Positions 9,985-23,256 of a stretch of DNA of 64,000 bases are shown piece after piece; the first letter of the stretch is position 1, and every line of letters starts with the position of its first letter. The notes beneath the pieces are model-generated. The model did not search any database. It had not been told where the DNA came from and saw only the letters and a program-made list of their open reading frames with translations. A program made the position numbers and the translations under genes. Source of the stretch: Candidatus Aminicenantes bacterium (GTDB lineage: Bacteria > Acidobacteriota > Aminicenantia > Aminicenantales > Saccharicenantaceae). Where the stretch lies: positions 160,530 to 224,529 of the forward strand of contig JAGNLW010000002.1 in assembly GCA_017999365.1 (NCBI GenBank). Direction: 5' to 3'.

Positions 9985-11343
9985 TCAGGCCGCCCGGAGC
10001 AGGAAAACGCGCAGGTCCATGACGTTCGTCCCGGTCGGTCCGGTGACGACGAGGTTCCCGGTCTGCTTGAACAGGCCGTAGGAGTCGTTGTCGTCGAGGG
10101 ACGCGGCCGGATCGAGCCCCAGGGCCCGGGCCCGGCCGAAGGTCGCGGCGTCGGCCCAGGCCCCGGCGGCGTCGGTCGGTCCGTCGATGCCGTCCGTCCC
10201 CAGGCTGAGGATGAGCCAGTCGAGCCCGCGGACGCCGGCCCTCTCCATCTCCACGACCGCGGCCAGCACGAACTCCGTGTTGCGGCCGCCCCGTCCCCGG
10301 CCCGTGACCGTGACCGTCAGCTCCCCGCCGGCCAGGAGGCAGAGCGGCCGGGGCAGGGCGGCGGCGGAGCAGGCCAGCTCGGCCAGGAACGCGGCGTAGC
10401 CGGCGGCCGTCCGGCGGGCCTCGCCGCCGTCGCTCGACGACAGGAAGATGGGCTCGAAACCGCGTTTCTCGGCTTCGCGCTTGGCCGCCCGCAGGGCCGT
10501 CATGTTGTCCCCGATGACGAAGGACCGGACCCGCCCGAAGACGGGATCGCCTTCCTTGAGCGTCTCCTCGACCAGGCCGCGCTCACCTTCCTCGATGCGG
10601 GCCCGGACCAAGGCCGAGGCCCCGTCCCACAGGCTGTACTTCTCGAGCACGGCCCGGGCCTCGGCGAAGGTCGAGGCGTCCCAGTGGGTCGGGCCCGAGG
10701 CGATCGTGCCGAGGTCGTCGCCGACGACGTCCGAGATAGCCAGGGTTACGACCTCGGCCGGGAAGGCCGCCCGGGCCAGGCGCCCGCCCTTGACGGCCGA
10801 GAGGTGCTTGCGGACGACGTTGAGCTCCCGGATGTCCGCCCCGGCCCGCATCAGGTCGTCGGCCAGGCGGCGCTTCTTGTCCAGGGCGATGCCCTCGGCG
10901 GGGAGGGACAGGAGCGACGAGCCGCCGCCGGAGATGCAGACGAAGAGGAGGTCCCGCTCCCCGGCGCCGGAGGCGATCTCGAGGGCCCGGCGGGCGGCCT
11001 CGACGCTGCGCGCGTCGGGCACGGGATGAGAGGCCTCGAGGTACTCGAGCCGGGAGCCTTCGCGCCCGGCCGGGCCGGGCACGACGACCAGGCCCGAGGT
11101 CAGCCGGTCGTCGAGGACGGCGGCCAGGGCCTCGCCCATGGCCGCCGCGGCCTTGCCGAACGAGATGACGAAGACGCGGTCGCGGGCGGCCAGGTCGATC
11201 TCGAGGCCTCGGACCCGGACGACATCGCCCTCGCGGACGACGTTCTGGCGGACGAGCTCCCAGGGGTCGACGGCGGCGACCGCGGCGCGCCAGATGGCGT
11301 CCGCGTCGGTGACGAAACCCGTCCTCCCCCGCTCGAGGTCCAT
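9985..11343 (-). CDS. glycerate kinase (MOFRL family, glycerate 2-kinase/TtuD-like)
   Basis: Full-length similarity to MOFRL glycerate kinases (FVISFGKAA, LLFVCISGGGSSLL, GTDGIDGPTDAAGA); upstream 5' extension of the 945-aa ORF is a low-complexity shadow overlapping envC. Confidence 0.85.
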   Translation of the reverse strand: MDLERGRTGFVTDADAIWRAAVAAVDPWELVRQNVVREGDVVRVRGLEIDLAARDRVFVISFGKAAAAMGEALAAVLDDRLTSGLVVVPGPAGREGSRLEYLEASHPVPDARSVEAARRALEIASGAGERDLLFVCISGGGSSLLSLPAEGIALDKKRRLADDLMRAGADIRELNVVRKHLSAVKGGRLARAAFPAEVVTLAISDVVGDDLGTIASGPTHWDASTFAEARAVLEKYSLWDGASALVRARIEEGERGLVEETLKEGDPVFGRVRSFVIGDNMTALRAAKREAEKRGFEPIFLSSSDGGEARRTAAGYAAFLAELACSAAALPRPLCLLAGGELTVTVTGRGRGGRNTEFVLAAVVEMERAGVRGLDWLILSLGTDGIDGPTDAAGAWADAATFGRARALGLDPAASLDDNDSYGLFKQTGNLVVTGPTGTNVMDLRVFLLRAA

Positions 11344-11433
11344 GGCGTCTCTACTATAAACCAGAACCCCCGCCAAAGGGAAACCCGCCGCCGCGACTAA
11401 TCGGAAAGAGCGTTCTGTGCTATAAAATAAGGG

Positions 11434-12648
11434 ATGTTCCGCATGCGCCCGGCGGCTTCCGCCCTCGTCCTCGCCCTCGCGGCGGTCATCATCTATCCGG
11501 CGTCCGGCCGCCCCCAGACCGCGCCCGCCGGTAAGCCCGCCGCCAAGGCCGCCGCCCAGGACCCTCACGTCGCCGACTTCGAGCGGCGCCTGGACCGCCT
11601 CAACGGCGAGATCAAGGACCTGCGGGCCCGGCTCGAGTCCGAGGCCCGCAAGGAGACCTCGGTCCTGTCGTCGCTCGCCCGCATCAACCTGACCCGGACC
11701 ATCGTCGGGAGGGAGCTGGCGGCGCAGAACGTCGAGCTCGAGCGCGGCCGGGCCGAGCTCGCCGCCATCCAGGCGAACGTCAAGGACCTGCGGGCCGGAA
11801 TCGACCGCGAGCGCGAGTCCATCGAACGGACCCTGGTAACGCTTTATAAGTTCGGCCGCGTCGACTTCTTCCAGTTCCTGCTCCAGGCCCGCGACATCGA
11901 GACCTACGCCGCCGAGAGCAAGCACCTGGCCCTGCTGGCCCGCAACCAGGACGAGGTCGTCGCCGGCTATCTGGCCTCGCTCGAGGAGCTCCGGGCGGCC
12001 CAGTCCGCGCTCGAGAGCAAACAGCGGGACCTGGCCGCGATGGCCCGGGCCGCGGCCCTCAAACGCCAGGAGCTCGAGACCGAGGCCCGCAAGAACGCGG
12101 CCCTGGTCCAGGACATCCGCCGCAACCGTGAGACTTACCGGAAGACCCTGGCCGAGCTGGCCGAGAGCGCCGAGGAGCTCCAGAAGCTCATGGCCAAGAT
12201 CGTCGCCCAGGAGTGGGTCCTGCCCGCGGCCTTCGTCCCCCTGGCCGAACGGCGGGGCCGGCTCGACTGGCCCATCGAGGGCCGCGTCATCACGGCTTTC
12301 GGCCTCGAGCGGCACCCCGACTTCAAGACCGCGGTCCAGAACAAGGGCGTCGAGATCGCCCCGGCCAAGGGCCGGACCCTCGTCCAGGCCGTCCATGCCG
12401 GCAAGGTCGTCTACGCCGACTACTTCCAGGGCTACGGCAACCTCCTCATCGTCGACCACGGCATGGGCTATTACACCCTCTACGGCCACTGCGCCGAGTT
12501 CGTGGCCGCCGTCGGCGACATGGTCCGGAGCGGCCAGCCCGTGGCCGTCGTCGGCGACAGCGGCTCCCTCAAGGGCGAATGCCTCTACTTCGAGCTCCGG
12601 CAGAAGACCCGGGCCCTCGATCCCTTGCAATGGCTGAAGCGGAGGTGA
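11434..12648 (+). CDS. envC: EnvC-like murein hydrolase activator (coiled-coil + degenerate LytM/M23 domain)
   Basis: Signal peptide, long coiled-coil, C-terminal M23 domain with HxxxD but HLH replaced (ECLYFE), as in non-catalytic EnvC. Confidence 0.8.
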   Translation: MFRMRPAASALVLALAAVIIYPASGRPQTAPAGKPAAKAAAQDPHVADFERRLDRLNGEIKDLRARLESEARKETSVLSSLARINLTRTIVGRELAAQNVELERGRAELAAIQANVKDLRAGIDRERESIERTLVTLYKFGRVDFFQFLLQARDIETYAAESKHLALLARNQDEVVAGYLASLEELRAAQSALESKQRDLAAMARAAALKRQELETEARKNAALVQDIRRNRETYRKTLAELAESAEELQKLMAKIVAQEWVLPAAFVPLAERRGRLDWPIEGRVITAFGLERHPDFKTAVQNKGVEIAPAKGRTLVQAVHAGKVVYADYFQGYGNLLIVDHGMGYYTLYGHCAEFVAAVGDMVRSGQPVAVVGDSGSLKGECLYFELRQKTRALDPLQWLKRR

Positions 12649-12652
12649 TAGA

Positions 12653-13813
12653 ATGGACATCCGTTCCGCCATGAAAAAGGTCCCGAGATACCGCTGGTTC
12701 CTGTGGGCGGCCGCCCTGGCCGCGGCCCTGTTCTTCGTCATCCAGATGGACTTTTTGCGGGGCAAGCCGGGGGCCCAGGTGTCCAAGGGCTTCGAGCTCC
12801 TCGACTCCCTGATGAGCCACATCCGCCGGGACTACCTCGAGGAACGGGACCCCGTCCAGACGGCCGAGGGGACCTACCGCGGCCTGGTCAATTCCCTCGA
12901 TCCCCTGTCGGCCTACCTGTCCAAGGACCTCGTCGACCGGTACCGGGCCCTGACGGGCCGCGAGACGGGGCCGGGCGCCGTCGTCCTCAAGCGCTACGCC
13001 GCCTTTCCCCAGGTCGTGGGCGTGACCCCCAAGTCGCCCGCGGAAGCGGCCGGCGTCCGGCTGGGGGACCTCCTCAGCGCCGTCGAGGGCCGCAGCACGC
13101 TGAGCATGAGCCTGACCGAGGTCAAGCTCCTGCTCGCCGGTTCGGACGGAAAGCCCGTCCGGATGCGGCTGCTGCGCGGCAACGAGACCCTCGACCTCGA
13201 CGTGCCGCGGGCCCTCCTGGCCGCCGAGCCCTTCGCCTTCGCCGCGGCCGCGGCGGGCCGGCCGGCCGTCCTGGCCGTGCGCCGGATCGACGCCCCGCTC
13301 CTGGCCGGGCTCCGCGAGTCGGTCCTGCCCGCCCTCAAGTCCGCCAAGACGCCGCTGGTCCTCGACCTGCGCGGCTGCCAGGACGGCGAGCCCGGGGAGG
13401 CCTTGAAGCTGGCCAATCTGTTCGTCAAGGCCGCGGACGCCGGCCGGATCGAGGGCCGCGACGGGGCCAAGGAGCCTCTCTCGTGCCCCGACGCGCCCGC
13501 GCTCGGAGCCCTGCCGCTCGTCGTCTGGACGGACGCCGGCACGGCCGGGCCGGCCGAGATCGTCGCCGGCCTGCTTCAGGAAGTCCGCAAAGCCAAGGTC
13601 GTCGGCTTCGCCACCTCCGGGCTGGCCGGGCGGACGGCCCTGTACCCCCTCAAGGACGGCAGCGGCGTCGTCCTGACCTCGGGCGTCTACGCCCTGCCCT
13701 CGGGCCGCAAGCTCTGGGACGAGGGCCTCAAGCCCGACGTCGCCCTCCCCGTGGACAAGCTCGACGACAAGACCTATTTCGAGAAGAGCGCCTCTCTCCT
13801 GCCCAAGCTCTGA
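12653..13813 (+). CDS. C-terminal processing protease homolog (S41 family, PDZ domain), catalytic dyad apparently substituted
   Basis: TM anchor, PDZ region (GVRLGDLLSAVEG), S41 core; GSASASEI-equivalent reads AGTAGPAEI and TFGKG-equivalent reads TSGLAG. Confidence 0.75.
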   Translation: MDIRSAMKKVPRYRWFLWAAALAAALFFVIQMDFLRGKPGAQVSKGFELLDSLMSHIRRDYLEERDPVQTAEGTYRGLVNSLDPLSAYLSKDLVDRYRALTGRETGPGAVVLKRYAAFPQVVGVTPKSPAEAAGVRLGDLLSAVEGRSTLSMSLTEVKLLLAGSDGKPVRMRLLRGNETLDLDVPRALLAAEPFAFAAAAAGRPAVLAVRRIDAPLLAGLRESVLPALKSAKTPLVLDLRGCQDGEPGEALKLANLFVKAADAGRIEGRDGAKEPLSCPDAPALGALPLVVWTDAGTAGPAEIVAGLLQEVRKAKVVGFATSGLAGRTALYPLKDGSGVVLTSGVYALPSGRKLWDEGLKPDVALPVDKLDDKTYFEKSASLLPKL

Positions 13814-13816
13814 CGG

Positions 13817-15082
13817 ATGAGGAAGAGGCTCAAGCCCAAAGGTCGCCCGCTCGGCCCGACCTTCACCCGACTGACCATCGCCCTGGCCGCCTGCGCGCTG
13901 GCTTCGGCCGTCCTGCTCGACTACATCGGGGCCCGGCGGGGCGAGCGGTCGTACCTCTTCGCGGTGGCCGCGGCCGTCCGCGAGGCGGCCGGGCGGCCGG
14001 CGACTCCCGAGCCGGCGGCGCCCTACCGGACCGGCGTCCCTTCCGAGAAACCCGCCCCCGAAGGTCCGTCCGGACCGGCCCCCCGCACTTTCGATGAGGT
14101 CATGGCCTCGAGCCTGGCCGCGGCCGGCGTCTCCGAGGACTCCGTCCTCCGGCTCAAGGGGCCCAAAGGCCGCCCGCTCTTCGAGGTCGAGATCCCGGCC
14201 GAGCTCTACGAGTCGGTCGGCCCGGCGGTCGAGAAGGCCCTCAAGGCCGAAGGCGTCCGGGTCCTGGAGAAGAAAAGGAAGCCGGGCGAGGAGAGGACCG
14301 AGGTCCTGTGGACCCTGCGCCGTCCCGCCAAGCAGGAAGCGGCCATCTCCTTCGTCCTGCCGGTCGAGCCGCTCGTCGCGGTCGCGGCGGCGCCGGCGGC
14401 CGGCAAACGGGGCCCGCGCGGCCTGGTCGCCCTGATCATGGACGACATGGGCCAGAGCCTCGAGACGCTCGACGAGCTCATCGCCTTGGAACGCCCGGTC
14501 ACGGTCTCGGTCCTGCCCTACAGCGCCTACGCCGCGGAGACGGCCCGCCGGGCCCACGAGCGCGGCCTCGAGGTCCTGCTCCACCTGCCGCTCGAGTCGG
14601 TCAACAACCACGAGGCCATGGCCGGCACGGAGGGGCTGATCATGACCATGATGACCGAGCCGGCCATCGTGGCCGCGTTCGAGGCCGGCTACGACCGGGT
14701 CCCCTTCGCCGCGGGGACGAACAACCACATGGGCTCGCGCTTCACGGCCGACCGCGACCTCATGCGCGTCCTGCTCAAGCCCGTCAAGGACAGGGGCCTG
14801 TTCTTCGTCGACAGCCGGACGACGGCCAAGACGGTGGCCCTCGAGGAAGCCCGCCGGATGGGCATCCCGGCGGCGCAGAGGGACGTCTTCCTCGACGCCG
14901 ACGAGGACCGCGGCCGCATCCGGGGCCGGCTCATCGAGCTCTTCCAGAAGGCCCGCAAAAGGGGCCGGGCCGTCGGCATCTGCCACCCCTTCCCCGAGAC
15001 GCTGGCCGTCCTGAAGTCGACCTATCGGCTCCTCGACGCCTACGGCCTCGAGGCCGTGCCGGTCTCCCGGCTCGTCCGCTGA
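13817..15082 (+). CDS. divergent polysaccharide deacetylase family protein (YibQ-like)
   Basis: Similarity to YibQ/DUF610 family (LIMDDMGQS, VLPYSAYA, LHLPLE); conserved envC-ctp-yibQ synteny. Confidence 0.8.
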   Translation: MRKRLKPKGRPLGPTFTRLTIALAACALASAVLLDYIGARRGERSYLFAVAAAVREAAGRPATPEPAAPYRTGVPSEKPAPEGPSGPAPRTFDEVMASSLAAAGVSEDSVLRLKGPKGRPLFEVEIPAELYESVGPAVEKALKAEGVRVLEKKRKPGEERTEVLWTLRRPAKQEAAISFVLPVEPLVAVAAAPAAGKRGPRGLVALIMDDMGQSLETLDELIALERPVTVSVLPYSAYAAETARRAHERGLEVLLHLPLESVNNHEAMAGTEGLIMTMMTEPAIVAAFEAGYDRVPFAAGTNNHMGSRFTADRDLMRVLLKPVKDRGLFFVDSRTTAKTVALEEARRMGIPAAQRDVFLDADEDRGRIRGRLIELFQKARKRGRAVGICHPFPETLAVLKSTYRLLDAYGLEAVPVSRLVR

Positions 15083-15144
15083 CGGGCTGTTGCCTAAAGG
15101 CCCCCTGTCCGTTATCATACAGGCGAGTGAGAGAGGAGGAGCCC

Positions 15145-15672
15145 ATGAAAAGATCCCTATCCGCCGTCCTGGCCTGCGCCGCCCTGGCCCTGGCCGTCCT
15201 GCCGGCGTGCAAGACCATGTCGAGCGACGAGCTCAAGGGCTCGATCGAGATCGTCGACTACGTCTCGGTCTGGGTCGACAAGTACTACCAGCCCTGGCCG
15301 CAACGGCTCATCCTCGTCCCCCAGATCTCGTTCCGGGTCAAGAACGTCGGGGCCAAACCCCTGACCTACGTCAACTTCAACGCCGTCTACCAGTTCAAGG
15401 GCGATCCCGAGAACTTCGGCGACGCATTCATGGCCGCCATCCGCGGCAAGGCCATCCCGCCCGGCGGCACGAGCGACGTCATCGTCCTGAAGAGCAACCT
15501 CGGCGTCGAGGGCAAGAACCTGGCCGGCATCCGCGACAACCCGGAGTGGAAGCAGGCCTTCGTCCGCCTCTTCGCCATCTCCAAGGGCTCGACGCCGGTC
15601 CTGCTGGGCGTCTACGACGTCTCCCGGGACATCGCCTTCAAGGAGCCGGAGCCGGTGGAGCCGAAGAAGTAG
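15145..15672 (+). CDS. hypothetical lipoprotein
   Basis: Signal peptide + lipobox (LPACK); ATG at 15145 after AGGAGGAG RBS; stop overlaps pdaD start. Confidence 0.6.
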   Translation: MKRSLSAVLACAALALAVLPACKTMSSDELKGSIEIVDYVSVWVDKYYQPWPQRLILVPQISFRVKNVGAKPLTYVNFNAVYQFKGDPENFGDAFMAAIRGKAIPPGGTSDVIVLKSNLGVEGKNLAGIRDNPEWKQAFVRLFAISKGSTPVLLGVYDVSRDIAFKEPEPVEPKK

Positions 15673-15673
15673 G

Positions 15674-16237
15674 ATGGGCGCCCTCGTCCCCTCGAAGGTG
15701 TTCCTCGTCCGCGGCGCCGGGCGGCACAAGGAGAAGCTGGTCAGCTTCGAGAAGGCCCTGCGCGAGGCCGGCATCGCCCCGTTCAACCTGGTCCGGGTCT
15801 CCAGCATCTTCCCGCCGCGGGCGACGTTCGTCCCCAAGGCGGCCGGCCTTGAGCTCCTCGATCCCGGACAGGTCCTGTTCGTCGTCCTCAGCGAGAACGC
15901 CACGGACGAGCCGGGGGCCCTCATCTCGGCCTCGATCGGCGTCGCCGTCCCCGACGACCCGGCCCGGTACGGCTACCTGGCCGAGCACTCGGACACGGGC
16001 AAGACCCATCGCGAGACCTCGCTCCACACCGAGTACCTGGCCGCCGAGATGCTGGCCACCAAGCTCGGGCACACGCTCAAGGAGCCGGGCCCGGGCGCCC
16101 GGTCGTTCCGCATCTCGAACGGCGTGTCGCTCAAGACGCGCAGCGCGACGCAGACGGCGCGGGGGGAAAAGGGCGTCTGGACGACGGCCGTCGCCGCCGC
16201 CGTGCTCATCCTGCCGGAAGGGACCAGGTCTTCGTAA
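15674..16237 (+). CDS. pdaD: pyruvoyl-dependent arginine decarboxylase
   Basis: PvlArgDC family similarity including the Ser-Ser self-processing site (VRVSS|IFPP). Confidence 0.8.
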   Translation: MGALVPSKVFLVRGAGRHKEKLVSFEKALREAGIAPFNLVRVSSIFPPRATFVPKAAGLELLDPGQVLFVVLSENATDEPGALISASIGVAVPDDPARYGYLAEHSDTGKTHRETSLHTEYLAAEMLATKLGHTLKEPGPGARSFRISNGVSLKTRSATQTARGEKGVWTTAVAAAVLILPEGTRSS

Positions 16238-16304
16238 AAGAGGGGACCAGGTCTTCGCGCGTATTGGCTATTCGCCGGTCTGGCGCGAAGACTTGGTCCC
16301 TTCT

Positions 16305-17291
16305 TTATTTATCGAGCCCGAGGGGGTCGGGCTTGAGGATCTTGACGTAGCTCCGCTCCCGGAGCGTCTTGATGTAGGCCTCGCCCTTGACGGCCCGTTT
16401 CTGGCCGTAGAGCTTCTCCTCGACCCGGCCCCGGGCCTCGTCGAACGGCAGCAGGTGGCTGTCCTTCCTCTCGACGAGCTGGAGCAGGTACCAGCCGTTC
16501 TTGGTGTTGATCCAGGCGGCGGTCTGGCCGGACTTGAGCTTCTCGACGGGCGTCTCGAGGTCCTTGTCGAGCTCGCCGGCCTTGAACGTGCCCAGGTCGC
16601 CCTTGGCGTCCTTCATCGGCGGGTCGGACAGCTCCGCGGCCACGTCCCCGAACGCGGCGCCGCCCGCGAGCTTGGCGTCGATCGCGGCCTTGAGCCCGTC
16701 CAGGTCCTCCGGCGTCCGGTCCGTGGCGGCGAGGTAGATGGCGTTCAGCCGGTACTCGGTCGGCACCGTGAACTCGGCCGGGTTCTTCTTGTAGTACTGG
16801 ACGATCTCGGAGTCCTCGAGGGCGATGGACCGCTCGACCTCCGTGTACAGGACGCCCTGCCGCATCATGCCTTCCTCGTACTGCTTGAGCCAGCCCTCGT
16901 AGGACATGCCCGACTGCTGGACGGCCCGGCGCAGGTCCTGGTCGGAGGCGAAGTTGTTCTCCTTCTTGATGTTCTCGATCATGCCCTTGAGCTGCTCCTG
17001 GACGTTCAGCCCGAGCTCCTTGGCCTTCTGCAGGAGGAGCATCTCGGTGATCATGAGGTCGAGCATCTGGGCCTTGAGGTTGGCGTACTGCCTCTCGTAC
17101 TCCCCCGGCGGCATCTGCTGGGACCGCAGCTGGGCGGCGGCCGCCTCGAACTGCTCCCGGTACTCGGTCAGGGTGATGACGTCGTCGTTGACGACGGCGA
17201 CGATCTCCTCGACGACCTCCTGGCCGAAGGCGGGCAGGGCGGCGGGGCCGAGGGCGGCGGCGGCGATGAGACAGGCGATGATCTTTTTCAT
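16305..17291 (-). CDS. SurA-like periplasmic chaperone / PpiC-type peptidyl-prolyl isomerase
   Basis: Signal peptide MKKIIACLIAAAAL; SurA N-domain-like region and parvulin domain; start at MKKII (17291). Confidence 0.75.
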   Translation of the reverse strand: MKKIIACLIAAAALGPAALPAFGQEVVEEIVAVVNDDVITLTEYREQFEAAAAQLRSQQMPPGEYERQYANLKAQMLDLMITEMLLLQKAKELGLNVQEQLKGMIENIKKENNFASDQDLRRAVQQSGMSYEGWLKQYEEGMMRQGVLYTEVERSIALEDSEIVQYYKKNPAEFTVPTEYRLNAIYLAATDRTPEDLDGLKAAIDAKLAGGAAFGDVAAELSDPPMKDAKGDLGTFKAGELDKDLETPVEKLKSGQTAAWINTKNGWYLLQLVERKDSHLLPFDEARGRVEEKLYGQKRAVKGEAYIKTLRERSYVKILKPDPLGLDK

Positions 17292-18277
17292 TCGTCCGAC
17301 CTCTGATAGGCGAAGAATAGGTTCTCGGTCAGGGCCCGCCACTCCAGGGTGTCCTTGAGCCCGGCCAGATGGGAGGCCAGGGCCTCCTTCATCTTCTGGG
17401 CCAGGAGGCGCCTCCGGATCTCCGGCGCGGCCTCCTCTTCGGTCCGCAGGGCGGGCGGGAACTTCCGGTCCAGCCGGAAGATGTGATAGCCGTAGGAGGA
17501 CTCGACGACCTGGCTCGTCCGGCCCTCGTCCAGGGCGAAGATGACCTTCTCCATGTCCGCCGGCAGATCGCCCTGCTCGAAGACGCCCATGACGCCCTCG
17601 CGGGCCGACTCGGGCCCCAGGGACTCCTCGGCCGCGATGCGGCGGAACTCCGGCTCGCCCGTGCGTTGGAGCCGGCGCAGGACGCCGACGGCCTTCTCCT
17701 CGGTCGCCACCAGGATCTGGCTGACCTGGGCCCGGCCCTGATGGAGGAAGTCCCTCTTGTTCCGCTCGTAGTAGTCGCGGACCTCGGCCGGCTCGACCCG
17801 GACGTCCTTGACGGCGAGATAGGTGTACTTCTCGACCAGGAGCCGGTCGAAGGCCGCTTCGCCCGGGTCGGGCGCCGGTCCGGCCGGCGCGTCCGGCCCG
17901 AGCCCGGTCACGGCCAGCCGGGCCAGGTACTCCCGCTTCTCGTCCTCGCCGAGGACGATGCCCCGCTCGCGGGCGGCCCGGAGCAGGATCATCTCGTCGA
18001 CGAAGCGGTCGAAGAGCCGGCTCAGCGATTCGGCCGGCAGGCCCTTGGCGTCGGCCCCGGTCGCCTCGAGGTAGGCCCGGAAGTCGGCGTTGAAGTACTC
18101 GCGGTCCTCGACCTCGAGGACGGGGCGGCCGCGGAGCTTGCTCTGGACCAGGCCGGCCACGCGGGAGACCGGCCCGCGCCCCTCGTCGCGGCCGCAGGCC
18201 GCGGCGGCCAGCAGGACGGACGCGAGGGCCAGGGCCAGGGCGGGAGCGAAAGCGGCGGTCCGGCGGGGCGTGTCCAT
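17288..18277 (-). CDS. SurA-like PpiC-type peptidyl-prolyl isomerase (second tandem paralog)
   Basis: Lipoprotein-type signal (LLAAAACG), parvulin domain (SYGYHIFRL); upstream part of the 1173-aa ORF is a shadow of mfd. Confidence 0.7.
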   Translation of the reverse strand: MDTPRRTAAFAPALALALASVLLAAAACGRDEGRGPVSRVAGLVQSKLRGRPVLEVEDREYFNADFRAYLEATGADAKGLPAESLSRLFDRFVDEMILLRAARERGIVLGEDEKREYLARLAVTGLGPDAPAGPAPDPGEAAFDRLLVEKYTYLAVKDVRVEPAEVRDYYERNKRDFLHQGRAQVSQILVATEEKAVGVLRRLQRTGEPEFRRIAAEESLGPESAREGVMGVFEQGDLPADMEKVIFALDEGRTSQVVESSYGYHIFRLDRKFPPALRTEEEAAPEIRRRLLAQKMKEALASHLAGLKDTLEWRALTENLFFAYQRSDE

Positions 18278-18303
18278 CTTTTTTAGTATCAATTCATTGT
18301 ATT

Positions 18304-21726
<3,423 letters not shown>

Positions 21727-21869
21727 CGGGCTATTCTAACGGCCGCGCCGGGCCCGGTCAAACCGCCCCCGGACGGTACCTGGCATTCACAAACGCCGAT
21801 CTTCCCCTGGAGATGTGAAGACCTGGCACCGGGGCGCCGAAGCGTCTCCGTTCGTTATATAATAGCGGC

Positions 21870-23240
21870 ATGAAAAGAACCGCCGCAGTCCTGTCCGCTC
21901 TCCTGCTCTTCGCCCTCGCCCCGGCCCTCATGGCCCAAGGCCCCAAGACGGGCGACGACGCCCTGACCATCAAGGCCCGGGCCTTCATCGCCGCCCTGGC
22001 CAAGGGCGACTTCGCCCAGGCCGCGCTCGACTTCGACGACACGATGGCCAAGGTCTCGGGCCCGGACAAGCTCGAGACGATGTGGACCAAGCAGCTCCCG
22101 GCCCAGCTCGGCCCCTTCGGCAAGCAGGGCGCCGCGCGTCGCGAGCAGATGCAGGGCTACGAGATCGTCCTCGTGACCTGCTCGTTCGCGAAGTCCGACA
22201 TCGACATCCGGGTCGTCTTCGACAAGGCCGGCAAGATCGCCGGCTTCGGCTTCGTGCCCACGGCCCCGCCGGTGAAATACGAGCCGCCCGCCTACGCCGA
22301 CCCGGCCAAGTTCGAGGAGCGCGAGGTCACGGTCGGCTCCGGCGAATGGGCCCTGCCCGGGACGCTGACCCTGCCGAAAGGCGTCGGGCCTTTCCCCGGC
22401 CTCGTCCTCGTCCACGGCTCGGGCGCCAACAACCGGGACGAAGAGCTCGGCCCGAACAAGCCGTTCAAGGACCTGGCCTGGGGCCTGGCCTCGCGCGGCG
22501 TCGCCGTCCTGCGCTACGACAAGCGCAGCAAGGTCCACGGCAAGAAGATCGTGGCCGACCCCAAGCTCGAAGCGACCATGACGGTCAAGGACGAGACCGT
22601 GGACGACGCCGTGACCGCGGCGGCGCTCCTCCAAAAAACGAAGGGCGTCGACCCGAAGCGCGTCTTCATCCTCGGCCACAGCCTGGGCGGCTTCCTATTG
22701 CCGCGCCTCGCGCTGGCGGCCGAGCCCCTCGGCGTCGCCGGTTACATCTCGATGGCCGGGCTGACCCGGCCCCTCGACGACACCATCCTCCGCCAGATGA
22801 ACTTCATCCGCATGCTGAGCGGCGCGGCGGCCACGTCGGAGGCGGAGATGAAGAAGGTCCAGGACGTCGAGGCCGCGATCGCCAAGATCAAGGCCCTGAC
22901 CGACGCCGACCGGGGCTCGACGGTCAAGCTCCTCGGGGCCATGCCGGCCTACTGGCTCGACCTGCGCGGCTACGACCCGCCCGCACTGGCCAAGACGGTC
23001 AAGCGGCCGATGCTCTTCCTCCAGGGCGGCCGCGACTACCAGGTCCAGACCGTCGACCTGGACAACTGGAAGAAAGCCCTGGCGTCGCGCCCCGACGTCG
23101 CCTTCAAGCTCTACCCGAGGCTCAACCACCTCTTCTTCGCCGGCGAGGGCCTCATCACGCCGCTCGAGTACGTCCAGAAGCACGGCAGCGTCGCCGAGGA
23201 GGTCGTAGCGGACATCGCCGCCTGGATCGGGGAGCGCTGA
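21870..23240 (+). CDS. secreted alpha/beta hydrolase (DUF3887-like N-domain + hydrolase)
   Basis: Signal peptide; GHSLGG nucleophile elbow, HGSGANNRDE; C-terminal acid/His region. Confidence 0.8.
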   Translation: MKRTAAVLSALLLFALAPALMAQGPKTGDDALTIKARAFIAALAKGDFAQAALDFDDTMAKVSGPDKLETMWTKQLPAQLGPFGKQGAARREQMQGYEIVLVTCSFAKSDIDIRVVFDKAGKIAGFGFVPTAPPVKYEPPAYADPAKFEEREVTVGSGEWALPGTLTLPKGVGPFPGLVLVHGSGANNRDEELGPNKPFKDLAWGLASRGVAVLRYDKRSKVHGKKIVADPKLEATMTVKDETVDDAVTAAALLQKTKGVDPKRVFILGHSLGGFLLPRLALAAEPLGVAGYISMAGLTRPLDDTILRQMNFIRMLSGAAATSEAEMKKVQDVEAAIAKIKALTDADRGSTVKLLGAMPAYWLDLRGYDPPALAKTVKRPMLFLQGGRDYQVQTVDLDNWKKALASRPDVAFKLYPRLNHLFFAGEGLITPLEYVQKHGSVAEEVVADIAAWIGER

Positions 23241-23256
23241 AGGGGCCGGCGCCGGC

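Noticed and set aside
11344-12822. 5' extension of the 945-aa minus ORF upstream of glycerate kinase
   Set aside because: Homology to MOFRL glycerate kinase begins at MDLERGRTGF (11343); the upstream part is low complexity and antisense to envC
12569-15118. 849-aa minus-strand ORF over ctpA/yibQ region
   Set aside because: Gly/Arg/Asp-rich shadow; plus-strand genes have clear family similarity
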